Below are positions 37,501 through 51,388 of a stretch of DNA of 64,000 nucleotides, one piece after another (within the stretch, counting starts at the first letter, position 1; every line of letters begins with the position of its first letter). The notes below the pieces were generated by a model. It made no database searches, was not told the origin of the DNA, and was given only the letters and a program-made list of their open reading frames with translations. The position numbers and the translations under genes are program-made. The DNA comes from Octopus sinensis. Its lineage: Eukaryota. The stretch covers positions 28,519,360 through 28,583,359 of the forward strand of contig NC_043019.1 of NCBI RefSeq assembly GCF_006345805.1, given 5' to 3'.

Positions 37501-38560
37501 TCTGTAAATAATGAAAGTGAGAACATTAAACTTGGTGCGCATTACACAACAGTGTTCAATCTGTGCCAAGTGGCTTCACTCTAAATACTTTAGCTCCGTT
37601 ACCATAGTAACAGTCCTGATACTTTTGGATCAGACCTGGTGTGTATGTATATATATATATACACACACATACAATACTCTTTACTCTCTTTTACTTGTTT
37701 CAGTCATTTGACTGCGGCCATGCTGGAGTATCGTCTTTAATCGAGCAACTCAACCCCGGGACTTATTCTTTTGTAAGCCCAGGACTTATTCTATCGGTCT
37801 CTTTTGCCGAACCGCTAAGTAACGGGGACATAAACACACCAGCATCAGTTGTCAAGCAATGCTAGGGGGACAAACACAGACACACAAACACACACACGCA
37901 TATATATATATATATACACATATATACAACAGGCTTCTTTCAGTTTCCGCCTACCAAATCCACTCACAAGGCTTTGGTCGGCCTGAGGCTATAGTAGAAG
38001 ACACTTGTCCAAGGTGCCACGCAGTGGGACTGAACCCGGAACCATGTGGTTGGTAAACAAGCTACTTACCACACAGCCACTCATTCTTCATGTTCACTTT
38101 TCCATGCTTACATGTAACAGACAAAACTTGTGATGGTGATGTGATAGTGGAGATGATGATGGCAATAACAACAATGGTAGTGGTGGTGGTGGTGGTGGTG
38201 ATGACCTAACTGTTAGCTTTTAGAATGATATTGTAGGGTAGGTGTGAGGGGCTGGATCTGGCCTGTTTGAGCATAAAACAGGTAGAATATTTCACCCAGT
38301 TTAAATGCTAAGGGGTTAATGTATTGATGCTGTCATTGTTGCTGTTGATGTGCAATCTTTATTTGATGTGCAATCTTTATTTCAATGTTGCTGACGTTGA
38401 CCCCGTTTAGTCGTCGTCAGGTTTTCCTATAGACAGCTCTCGTCTATAGAATATTTTCCCTAAACCTTCGAACAATGAACAACTAAAAGGCTCAACACAT
38501 TTCCACAGAAGATAGTCAACAAATGAATCCCTGAGCATGTAACAGTGATTTTGCTTATAT

Positions 38561-38834
38561 ATAATAATAATGAAATTATTGTATACAGTGCTCAGGTGCA
38601 CCACAACTTGTCAGAAAGTGCATATAAAGTATATGCAGTAATGTACAAATGTCTGGAAAGCGAACAATGTATGAGTCAGATACATGCTTGTGTGTGTGTG
38701 GAGGGGAGAAAATCAGGTGTAGTGTTGGCGAATCTCAGGAAGCATGAAAGTTTTGAAGGATGCAGTGCTCCGACAACTAACAACTGATGCCAGCAGTTTG
38801 TTCCATGCTTCAGCAACTTTCAGCGTGAAAAAAT
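38561..38834 (-). mobile_element. CR1/L2-type LINE 3' end (second copy at 43988-44275)
   Basis: FFTLKVAEAWNKLLASVVSCRSTASFKTFMLPEIRQHYT* followed by a 3' UTR and an (ATT)n tail. Confidence 0.75.
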
Positions 38835-39659
38835 ATTACATCCAGCATGCAAATGTCATGACAAGGAGACAACACAGACACATATTCACATCTTGACAAC
38901 GGCTATCCTTAATATACAAATAGAAGGCACAGTCGAAGCTGCGTTACCTTTGTTCATAGGTATGCTGGATCAGAACTGATCTGGGGCTAAACAGCAGCGC
39001 TTTGTTTTAAGGCTGAAAGTCACCTCTTAAAATTTACTGACAACTTGCAATAGGCCCACAAGGGGAAGAAGCAACAAGTAGATTACAATGAGTTAACAAG
39101 TAGATGGAGACTGAATATAGATCAATCTAAAATAAGTGGATGAGAAAGAGGGAGGAGAAGGAAAGAAAGAGAGAGAGAGAAAGGAGATATAGAAGAGAGA
39201 CAAATAGAGATGCATGGCTGTGTAATTAAGAAGCTCATTTTGCAACCATCTGGTTTTGGGTTCAATCCCACTGTGTGGCATCTTAAGCCTGAGTTTTCTA
39301 CAATAACCCCAGACCAATCAATGCCTTCTGAGTAGATTTGACAGACAGAAGCTGTGTGTATGTAAAGGCAGCAAACTGACAGAATCGTTAACACACCGGG
39401 TGAAATACTTAGCGGTATTTCATCTGTCTTTACGTCCTGAGTTCAAATTCCGCCGAGGTCAGCTTTACCTTTCATCCTTTTGGGGTTGATAAATTTAGTA
39501 GCAGTTGCGCACTGGGGTCGATGTAATCAACTTAATCCCTGTGTCTGTCCTTGTTTGTCCCCTCTATGTTTAGCCCAAGTATTCGCAAGCAGAGTTTAGT
39601 GTCCAATGAAGGAAAGGTACGCATAAGTGGACTGGTTATACCCTTGGTATAGGCCAAAC

Positions 39660-40255
39660 ATATATTTACCAAAATTACATAAAAATATCTTGAAATACTA
39701 AGGAATAAATTTATTCAATAAAATCAACATTGGCTTCAACCACGGCCTCCAGATGACTTCAGAATCTTCTGCAACTCTTCTGGATGGTCTCCTTGTTTAA
39801 GTTGGTATATGCTGCCATAATTCTGGCATTCAGTTAATTTTTGTTGTGTTACAAGCAGTTTTGTTGGTCTCTCACTCAACTATGCCCCACACATAATAAT
39901 CAAGGGGGTTGCAGTCTGGGGAGTTAGGTGGCCAGATGTTAAGAGTGATGTGATAACAGAAATTGTCTGACAGCCATGACTGGGATCTCTTGTTTGTGTG
40001 GCATGGTGTAGAGTCCTGTTGCCAGATACAGGGTCTTCTAGCAGCCATCCTCTTGACCCAGGGCACACTGTTCCATTGATTGTGACTCCACTGATAACTG
40101 ACTGAGAAATTTCCAGCTACCAACTGGTTGAAATAGCTTATTTCCCATATGATAGATTTGCCATGTTTTGGTTATATCAATAAAATACATTTATTTGTTC
40201 ATTAACACTTACACTTCATTAAGAATAACTACCATCTTTGCTTTTGTTTTATACA
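39660..40255 (-). mobile_element. Tc1/mariner DD37D (maT-type) transposase remnant
   Basis: WQQDSTPCH...WPPNSPDCNPLDYYVWG, with 37 residues between the second and third catalytic Asp. Confidence 0.8.
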
Positions 40256-40394
40256 TATAATATTGAAGATATGAAAATGTCATGTGCTTTTACACACGAA
40301 TAGATGAAAACACATGTTCTGCACAAAACAATAGATGCCTGAGTGAGGCAGAAGCTAAGAATTTTTTTCAACAACCAATCGAATCTCTATGTAC

Positions 40395-40860
40395 ACACCA
40401 TATTTTCTCCAGCATACAAGTCAAATCTTCCAGAACAAAATTTTCAAAAAAACAAAGAAAAAAAAGGCAGGTCAACTTATACATTGAGTCTTTGGAGGAC
40501 CAAAAATTCCATGTGAAATGCAGCAGAATTTACAAAGAGAGTTACAATGTTTGAACATTTACACAATAAATACACTGCATCACTTGTATGTTGCAAAATA
40601 CTTATATGTATGCTGGAGTCACTAGGTCTGTTAGAAATAGCAGCTAAATCTCTTTCAAATTGCAACCTTCAGTCTTATATATAGCATACCATATTTTCTA
40701 GCATACAAGTCAAATCTTCCAAAACAAAATTTACCCACAAAAAAAAAAGCATGTCAACTTATTGACCCTTCAGTCTTATTATATAGCATACCATATTTTC
40801 CGGCATACAAGTCAAATTTTTCAGATCAAAATTTACCACCAAAAAAGGTAGTTTGACTTC
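40395..40860. repeat. Three diverged tandem copies of a pogo-like TIR/sub-terminal block (accatattttc..gcatacaagtc)
   Basis: Units begin near 40397, 40689 and 40789. Confidence 0.45.
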
Positions 40861-41190
40861 TATACCAAAATGGCATTAGAAGACTAAAAATTCCATTTTG
40901 AAATGCAGCAGAATTTGAAAAAAAATAGTGATGTTTGACTGTTTGCACTAAATATTTACACTACATATTGTGTCAAAAATACAGTAGTGACTATTCATAT
41001 TTTGATGTCATTACAAATATTTTTTCTTATATATGGTTACACTGCTTCTTTACTTCAATCATTTGAATGAATAATCAACACATCCTAGATTTCTTCACAT
41101 TTTCGTTTTTCTCTTTTTTTTCTTTTTTCCTTCCCCGCCTTCTCCCCTGAAAGAAATCAAACTTTTATGACTCTTGGCTCATTAACTTAC

Positions 41191-41251
41191 CTGCAGTTGT
41201 ATCAGAAGTATAATCAATTTTCTGTAGTAGAGCTTGCACAACGTCCGCCAT
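41191..41251 (-). CDS. elovl2/5: Elovl2/5-type fatty acyl elongase, coding exon 1 (MADVVQALLQKIDYTSDTTA+G, phase 1)
   Basis: Minus strand reads ttccttcttgtttcag|AA ATG GCG GAC GTT...ACT GCA G|gtaagt. The 61 coding nt end in phase 1 and join exon 2 as G|AT=Asp, giving ADPRT, a typical ELOVL exon 1/2 junction. An acceptor 2 nt before the ATG implies an unlocated upstream non-coding exon. Confidence 0.85.
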
Positions 41252-42973
41252 TTCTGAAACAAGAAGGAAGGCAAATATACATTAACACACTGCATAATAA
41301 CAATCCAAATATGGAAATAGGTTGTTCACTGAGAAGAAATTTAACACTTTTTGATAACAACCAGCCTGAGATATCCTTCATTTTAAAATGTTCAAATTTG
41401 AAATAAAACCTTTCATTATAATTTTATGTGACAGAACCTTTTATTTAAGTTACAAATTCTTAATCATTTTCAAAATTAATTGAAACATATAAAACTGAAT
41501 TTCATAAGGAATATCGTCACAAAAGGGTTTTAAAAATTTTAATATGTATTTTTCAGGAATAATCCATTTATTTTGTGGCTATTAAAGAATAACCAACTCT
41601 ATACACTTTTACTTGTTTCAGTCATTTGACTGTGGCCATGCTGGAGCACCGCCTTGAGTCGAGCAAATCGACCCCAGGATTTATGAAATAATGCCGGATT
41701 AATTCAAAACAATGTGAACAGGATTCCAGAGGTTTCATGTAAGATTTCTGGAGGTTCATGCAAGCAAAATAGTAAAATGGAGATCCACAGCAGGATATTA
41801 AGGGAGGAGTGGCTGTGTGGTATGTTGCTTGCTTACCAACCACATGGTTCCGGGTTCAGTCCCACTGTGTGGCACCTTGGGCAAGTGTCTTCTACTATAG
41901 CCTCGTGAGTGGATTTGGTAGACGGAAACTGAAAGAAGCTCGTCGTATATATGTATATGTGTGTGTGTGTGTCTGTGTTTGTCCCCCCAACATTGCTGGT
42001 GTGTTTACGGCCCTGTAACTTAGCGGTTCGGCAAAAGAGACCGATAGAATAAGTACTAGGCTTACAAAGAATAAGTCCTGGGGTCGATTTGCTCGACTAA
42101 AGGCGGTGCTCCAGCATAGCCGCAGTCAAATGACTGAAACAAGTAAAAGAGTATGTATTTATTGCAAGAAACAGCTAGCTTCCTTTCCCTGACTTTTTAC
42201 ACAGTTCAACCTACACAAGTTAATGTGTGAGAAACAAAATAGGAATTTTGAAGCGGTATCTATAAAACTTGTTTATAAACACTGAATGGTTATAGCAGCC
42301 CCGAATAAAATAGTATTCCAAGGGATCCAGACGTAAAAAATGATTGACAGCCACCGATGTAAAGTCTTCCTTACCAGTATGATTTTAGGGGGCAGTTTTA
42401 ATGTTGGATAGCTTCAACCTGAAATTCTCTGGGTACTAATCTTTCAAGGTCATAGAAATACGTCACATCTAAATCGACTAATTTATTCCTCTCAGAAAAT
42501 AAGGAGCAATGCAAATGGAACCCTACCTGCCACCAACAAACTGGATAGACAGCAAAATTGGTAGAGAATTAGGACAAAATAATTTGTGGCATTTGTTTTC
42601 AAGTTTAACCCTTTCGTTACCAACCCGGCTATGGCGGCTATGTGTACAAATGTCTTGTATACATAAGTTTTGAATTAAAATCTTCCACCAAACCTTAGTC
42701 ACAATTTATGTTCCTAACACTAGCTGAATTATAATTAAGTTATTTTACTAAATTTCTATTTTTTTATTCTATTTTACTTGTTTCAGTCATTTGACTGCGG
42801 CCATGCTGGAGCACCGCCTTTAGTCGAGCAAATCGACCCTGGGACTTATTCTTTGTAAGCCGAGTACTTATTCTATCGGTCTCTTTTGCCGAGCCGCTAA
42901 GTGACGGAGACGTAAACACACCAGCATCGGTTGTCAAGCAATGCTAGGGGGACAAACACAGACACACAAACAT

Positions 42974-43019
<46 letters not shown>

Positions 43020-45137
43020 GACAGGCTTCTTTCAGTTTCCGTCTACCAAATCCACTCACAAGGCATTGGTTGGCCCGAGTCTATAGCAGAAGACACTTGC
43101 CCAAGATGCCACGCAGTGGGACTGAACCCGGAACCATGTGGTTGGTAGGCAAGCTACTTACCACACAGCCACTGCTGCTTGTTATAATTTTTAAATTAAT
43201 TGAAAGAAACACAGAGCATCTCAAAATAAATACAGTAACGAAAGAGTCAGGCATTCACATTACTCTGTCAAATGTTATGCGTATTTGTTCACATTGTTTT
43301 GAATTAATCCTGCATTATTTCATAACTTTGAGATTTCAATGATGTGTTACTTGTTTTTAGAATGACATTGTAGGGCATGTGTGAGAGACTGGATCTGGTC
43401 AGTCTGAACATAAAACAGGTAGAATACTTGGGCTGGCTAAATGCTAAAGAGTTAACTGTTGCCCGGGTCAACTTTGCCTTTCATTCTTACACAATCAATA
43501 TGATATATAATGGAGAATTGATGCAATCAACTATATCCCAGTATGGCTACAGTTCACAGACTAAAACTGGTGCAAAAATATAAAAAATAATTGAATAATA
43601 TATATATATATATATATATGACAGGCAGTTCACAAAGAAATTACATAAGCAACAATAAACAAAAAAGAACAAACAAAAAAATGTTTAGAAAAGAGAGGGA
43701 AATAAAATAAAGCAAGACTGATAGTCAATAGCTGTGAAATATCACCAGTCCTACATGTATGGATTGCTTTTGGTTTTTTTATAACACTGTTTGAAGTTGC
43801 TTGTCCAGTCTACATGAAACAGACACATTAACATTATATCTGAAAACTATAAATTCAAATGAAGGATTGTCAACATGAATGTAAGACATACTAGAAATAG
43901 CAGCGAAATAACAAAAAAAAAATATTTATAAAGAAGGAAGGACATATTGAATAATGTACTATAGGCACAGATGTGACTGTGTAGTAAATAATAATAACAA
44001 TGAATTTATTGTATACAGTGCTCAGGTGCACCATAACTTGTCAAAAGAGCATATAAAGCATATGCAGTAATGTACAAATGTCTGGAAAGCGAACAGTGTA
44101 TGAGTCAGATACATGCTTGCGTGTGTATGGAGGGGAGAAAATCAGGTGTAGTGTTGGCGAATCTCAGGAAGCATGGAAGTTTTGAAGGATGCAGTGGATG
44201 CAGTGCTGCGACAACTAACAACTGATGCCGGCAGTCTGTTCCATGCTTCAGCAACTCTTAGTGTGAAAAAATGTTTTCGAAAGTCATGGGAGCTGTGCTT
44301 CACAACCACATAGCTCCAGGCGGAGTCCCACTGTGTGACATCTTGAGCAAGCGTCTTCTACTATAGCCCTGGGCACACCAAAGCCTTGTTAGAGGATTTG
44401 GTAGAGAGAAACTGAAAAACAATTCCAGTGTATGTGTGTGTGTGTGTGTGTGCCTCGACATTGTGTGGTAGCTGTAAATAAGTGTAATTTCATTAGTATA
44501 AGTGATACGTTAGTATGTGATACAAGTTCATTAATATTGTACTGTGCAAAGCAGAGTGAAGCAGGGCTTCCTAGTAAACTAGCCAGGCAGCTGTGGAAAT
44601 TTGCAGTTCCTGCTCATAGATTAGAATGGATTATGAAAGGTTCTGAACCATCAGCATCCAGGAAGTCAGTGTTGTACCTAAAATGATTTTGGGTAGAGTT
44701 GATAACAACCATGTTAAACTATGTTTAGTTGAGCCAATGAGCAAACTTATATGTTTCTCAACCATTTTTTTTTTACCTAAGGACCCCTTCGGCTCCTGTT
44801 TAACTTTTGACCCCTCAGAGCCATACATGTTTTAAAAATCCCATTAGGTTTCCATAATTAAATATTATTAAAAATTGTATTTAAAAAATTGTTAAAGGAT
44901 TTTTGTGCATTGTAGAAGTTTAACCAATAAATTGCACATAAATTTTAGCAACTAAATCTTATACGGACCACGGACGAGAACTGCTGTTCTATATCATGGG
45001 GTGGGGAACACCTTGCTCTTGAGAGAGATTTCACCTACATTCACATTTGAAACTTAAAACCCAATGACAAAGACTCAAAAATCTCAAAAGAAAAAAAATA
45101 TCGCTTGAGCCTTCAGACCAAAACAGTAATTCAACCC

Positions 45138-45544
45138 TTGGATCTTTTCGGTTTGACCGGCAGTTTTTTAAAATTTCCATGTAACTAAACACTTTTAAAC
45201 TTCGTATACTGTTTATAAAACATCTTTTTCTCTTGGCTTTTTTGAGAAAATTCTATAGTTTGTAAGATATTTGTTGTTGTTTTTCTTCAATTTCTGCAAT
45301 TTCAACCAATCACTGACGTCTATTGCGGTAAAAAAAAAACATTCTGTGCCGTATGAATATGTCCCTCGTTTAAGAAACAGATTGGGTTTATTTACATTTC
45401 TGAAGAAAAAGAGATACCCTTCCCCCCACCCCTAACCCTAAAACAGATTGAAATGCAATAGATCAATACTCAGGTCATAATTACGGGTGACAATTTCCTA
45501 TGGCACCGCTAGAAAAAACTGCCGTTCAAACCGAAAAGATCCAA
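45138..45544. mobile_element. MITE with 31-bp TIRs, flanked by a ~157-bp direct duplication
   Basis: ttggatcttttcggtttgaccggcagttttt and its inverted copy at 45514-45544 (1 mismatch); internal CCCTAACCCTAA at 45430-45441. Confidence 0.85.
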
Positions 45545-47227
45545 CTCCTGTTCTAAATCATGGGGTGGGGAACACCTTGCTCTTGGGAGAGATTTCACCT
45601 ACATTCAGATTTGAAACTGAAAACCTAATGACAAAGAATCAAAAATCTCAAAAGAAAAAAAAAAAAAAAAAAAAATCACTTGAGCCTTCAGACCAAAACG
45701 GTAATTCAACCATTTTGATAGGAACATGCCTTAGGCTACATCTGGTTCTCAGATACAAAATTCCTATTTTAAAGTGATGTAAATTAAATTCTCTCATCAA
45801 AATCTTGTGTTAATTTATGTTCCAAACATTAGCTTGATAAACTTTTCATTATTTTCAGAATCAACTGAAAGGCAGCATATTTCAACAGAAATATGCATAG
45901 AAAAGGTTAATACAAGCCGCATATTTATGAATGTATATAGAATAAAACATTCATTATTTTTTTTTAGGTACAGATGTACCCCCACGGGTTCATATGCACC
46001 TACATTTCATTCACTGTACTAAAGAGAGTCCTCATTATTTTTATATGTAGCTGCTTCGGCTGTTACAAATAACAGCCAAAATCCTTCAAATTAAATCTTA
46101 CTGTTTTAAAAACAAAAAAAAAAGGACACATTGTATAATGTAAAGTAATCCTAGACATACAAAAAGGTGAAAAGGTCACAGCTGCAACATTTTTTATCAT
46201 AGGTCTGCTCAGTTAGGATGACCAAGGGCTAAAAAAGAACAACTGTCGGTTTAAACAGTTATAACATTGTTTCTAAAGTTTTGAACAGAAACCTTCTGAC
46301 TGTATTGTCCATTGCTGTTTTAGCCCCAGGTAAGCCCTGATTGAGCCAACCTCTGATCAAAAGGTATTCCAGCTACGACCACCCCATACTCTACTCTTTT
46401 ACTTGTTTCAGTCATTTGACTGCGGCCATGCTGGAGCACCACCTTTAGTCAAGCAAATCGACCCCAGGACTTATTCTTTCTAAGCCTAGTACTTGTTCTA
46501 TCGGTCTCTTTTGCTGAACCATTAAGTTACAGGGACGCAAAGACACCAGCATTGGTTGTCAAGCGATGTTGGGGGTATAAACACAAACACACACACATGT
46601 ATATGATGGGCTTCTTTCAGTTTCCATCTACCAAATCCACTCACAAGGCTTTGGTCGGCCCGAGGCTATAGTAGAACACACTTGCCTAAGCTGCCACGCA
46701 GTGGGACTGAACCCGGAACCAAGCTACTTACCACACAGCCACTCCATATTTATTTTTTATATATATATATCTAAGACTAGACTGCTGTGGTTGTGTGGGA
46801 GAATCGTTAGCGCACCTGGCAAAATGCTAAGCAGCATTTCATCTGTCTCTATGTTCTGAGTTCAAATTCTGCCATGGTCGACTTTCCCTTTCATCTTTTC
46901 AGGGTCTATGAAACAAGTACCAGTTGAACACTGGGGTTCACATAATCCACTCACCCACTTTCCTGAAATGTCCATCAACATGCATTAAGCTTAATACTTG
47001 GGACATAAACCAACACAAAATTCTGATAAGATTTAATCTAGACAATTCAAAACAAGTTTTTATCATAGAACCAAGGCCAGTCTCAGGCAGATTTGTACCA
47101 AAGAGGTTAAGCTCAAAACAGTAATTTGATACTTGAATCCCTATCAAAACTAGAAATTCAGTATTTTACTCAGCATGGATACACCCTACAGGTTCAAATA
47201 TTCATATACACTTGAAATCTCCCTCTG

Positions 47228-47258
<31 letters not shown>

Positions 47259-47962
47259 CAATGCCTGAGAGGTAGGTTTCTTTATTGGATCATATATCTT
47301 ATACCGTGTTGTCTTGTATGACATTAGTCTTCTCAGGTTTCTCCTAACCCCATTTTTTAAATTTTAGGATTACATTAACTAATGTGCCTTTTCTCATTTT
47401 CAAGACGATGGAGGAGTAGTTTGAGGGAGATCTGGAGCTATTTCTAGCATGTTGGGTGACCATATGCTAGCATCTGTGTTGACTTGAGGTGCATAGAAGT
47501 TTTTCTAAGGAGTACTTAGGACTATACTATCTAGTGTGTCCTTCCTCATTTTCAAGATGTGGTATGGTTCAAGGGAGATTTGACTGCTATTTCTTGCATA
47601 TTGTGACCATATAGTGGCATTTTTGTTGAGTTGTGGAGCATAGTATGGGTACCTAGGACTATATTATCTAATATGTCCTTCTTCATTTCAAAGATGATGA
47701 GGTATAGTTCAAGGGAGATTTGACTGCTATTTCTAGCATGTTGAGCAATGACACAGAAGCTCCTTCGTTGACTTTATAGATATTTTCTTAAAAGTTCATC
47801 ATCTCCAGCTTTACTAAAAGCAAAATGTATTACATAAGTTACAGGCACATGTGGTCTCAGGTTCAGTCCCACTATGTGGCGTTTTCGGCAAGTGTTTTCC
47901 TGCTTCAGGCTGACCAAAGTCTTCAGAGTGGATATTGAAGACAGAAACTGAAAGTTGCCCAT

Positions 47963-48002
<40 letters not shown>

Positions 48003-51000
48003 CATATATATATCGGCTTCCGTGCCAGTGGCACATAAAAGGCACCATTCGAGTGTGATCGTTACCAGCTCCACCTTACTGGCACTTGTGCCCCGTACTT
48101 GTAGGGTGCTAAGAGCACCATCCGAGCGTGATCGTTGCCAGAGTGGCTAACTGGCTTCCGTGCCAGTGGCATGTAAGAGGCTCCATTCGAGCGGGACTGT
48201 TACCAGCATCACCTTACTGGCACCTGTGCCGTTGGCATGTGTAAAAAGATTCGAGCGAGGTCGTTGCCAGTACCGCCTGACTGGCCCCCATGCCGGTGGC
48301 ACGTAAAAGCACCCACTGCACTCTCGGAGTGGTTGGCGTTAGGAAGAGCATCCAGCTGTAGAAACTCTGCCAGATCAAGACTGGAGCCTGGTGCAGCCAT
48401 CTGGTTCGCCAGCCCTCAGTCAAAATCGTCCAACCCATGCTAGCATGGAAAGCGGATGTTAAACAATGATGATGATGATGATGATATATCATCATCATTT
48501 GAAGTCCCTTTTCCATGCTGGCATGGGCTGGACAGTTTGACAGGAGCTGGTAAGGCCAGGAGCCCAAACTAGGTTCCATAGTGTGTTCTGGCATGGTTTT
48601 CTATGGCTTGTTGCCCTTCCTAATGGCAATCACTTTACAGAGTGTACAGGGTGCTTTTAACATAGCACCAGCACCAATGTGTTTTATGTGATACCAGCAC
48701 TGGTATCAATTCTGTTGTGGTCGAGGTGTCTTCTTGAGTATAGCAAGGTGCCAGGTATCTCAGTTTGTCTGTCTGTACGTACGTATGTATGTCTGTGTTT
48801 GTGTGTGTGACCCTTTGTCTAGGCACCACGGGATGGTTTTAAACAAGTATCACTGTCGTACAAGTGATGTTATTCATTTCCAATCTTCCATGGGAAAATA
48901 TTTCTAGCTTGCCTGGAAACAGATAAAAGTTGGCAAGAGGAAGGGCATCCAACCACAGAAAATTTGCCTTAAGTTCTTTGACCCATGCAACTATGAAAAA
49001 GTAGACATTAAATGATGATGATGATTAAGACTTGTTTTTTCACAGACTAATGAAAGTGCAATTAAAATCTATGAACTAAACAAATTTTCAAATTAGTATT
49101 GTTGTAATTGCTAATGTTTAGCCCCAGGTCAGCTCAGATCCAGCAAATGTTTAAAGACATTCCAATCATGTAGTATATCTAAAAAGTGTCCTTCCCTCAT
49201 TTTTTTCTGTCCCATTTCACACCCCCATAAATTTGAAGGTGCATGACCTAGTGGTCAGGTTGTTTAACTCACGATCGCAAGACCATGGTTTCACTTTCCA
49301 TGATTGGACAGTGCATGGTGTTCTTGAACAAAACATTCCATTTTATGTTTCTCCAGTCCATGCAGCTGCAAATGAGCGACCCTGCAATGGACAGGAATCC
49401 CATTAAGGCTGAAATATGATCTTGGTCAGCTATACACCATGGAAACCGGATATCTAGCTCTGAGAGTTCTAGGGCATGCAACAGTACTTACTTTTACTAA
49501 GACAGTAAGGTATAATTTGAAGGAGATTTAGCTGTTATTTCTAAAAAGTGCTGCTGGCTAGCAAAATTTTAATTTTTTTAAATATCTCATTGTTTAATTC
49601 TCCAGAAAAAAATCCAGTCTTCAAATAAGTGTCTTCCAGTCATGAGAAAAGTTATGCAATTAGATTCTAATCAATATATTGATTTCTGCCTAAATCAATT
49701 TACAACATAATTTCTACTTCTATGAAGACAGTCGATTGGTAGACAGATATTAATAGATATCAGGAAAGGAAGGCGACTACTTTATACAAGAAAGGCTTAC
49801 AATACCTTCATAGCAACTACTTCCATGGATAAAGTTTACCAGAAGTTGTTTTTTTCATCTTTTAGCATTTAAACTGGCCATGTCTGGCAACCAGTATTAT
49901 GTTCAAATCAGCCAGATCAGGCCTCTTACACCTACCCTGTAATGTCATTTTAGAAATGAACAATCACATCCTCGAAACCTCATAGCTACAGGTAATGCAT
50001 GATTAATTCAAAACAATGTGAATAAATAAGCATTGCCTTTGATGAAGCAATCTGAGTTATAAAAGATAATCTTGTAGACAGAAAGGGCACAGACATGACT
50101 GTGATAAAGAGGTTTACTTCACAGGCACATAATTCTGGGTTAAGTTCCATTCCACAACACTTTGAGAAAGAAAGTGTCTTTTGCCATTGTCTTGGGATAA
50201 ACAAAGTGTTTTTCGTGAAATCTCGAAGAGAGAAAATAAGTAGAAGCTATCTAATATGCATGTTTGTGTGTATAAGGAATGGCAAATATATTGACACATC
50301 AAAGAGAAATACACTCTGAAAGAGGGAAACTGTCCTGAATTAATACATATTTATTGACCCCAAAAGGTGGGACAAGATGATTCTGCCAGCTTGCCACCTT
50401 CCAAATAGTAATAATAACTTTTTAAACTATAGGAACATCATCATCATCGTTTAACGTCCGTTCTCCATGCTAGCATGGGTTGGACGGTTCGACCGGGGAT
50501 CTGGGAAGCCAGAAGGCTGCACCAGGCTCCAGTCTTATCTGGCAATGTTTCTACAGCTGGATGCCCTTCCTAACGCCAACCACTCCGTGAGTGTAGTGGG
50601 TGCTTTTTATGTGCCACCCGCACAGATATGCCAAGGCCTGAAATTTTATGGCAAGGAACTAGCCAATTACATCATTCCCCAATGCTCAATTCATAAAAAA
50701 TGATTGGTAAAAAAAAAAAAGACAAGCAAGGTTGACCTCAGAATTTGAACTCAGAACCCAAAAAAATGCCACTAAGCAATTTTTCTAGTATGCTAAAGAT
50801 TTTACCAGCTTACTGCTTTGCTTTGGCCTCTGATAATAAGATAGCATTCATTAACGAGAAAAACTAATCTCTTCCAAACATGTTTCCCATTTCCTGTTAA
50901 CTAAGGCCTTCGTTGTTTTGATACTTTACATGTGCATCAAACATGTTTAACAATTTCATGTTCTCAACAGATTTTCATAAATTGGATTAAGCTACAAATG

Positions 51001-51357
51001 TTTTAATAGGAATCATATATCTTAAATGCATAAAGCTGTAAATATGTTTACATTGTACATTTAATAAACAGATATTTAACCCCCTGCTTTGACCTCAGTG
51101 TCAATTTACATAGCATGCTTAAATGTATCAAATATATACTTGTATTTATTAAACATACTCTTACTCTTTTACTTGTTTCAGTCATTTGACTGCGGCCATG
51201 CTGGAGCACCGCCTTTTAGTCGAGCAAATCGACCCCGGGACTTATTCTTTGTAAGCCCAGTACTTATTCTATCGATCTCTTTTGCCGAACCGCTAAGTGA
51301 CGGGGATGTAAACACACCAGCATCGGTTGTCAAGCAATGCTAGGGGGACAAACACAA

Positions 51358-51388
<31 letters not shown>

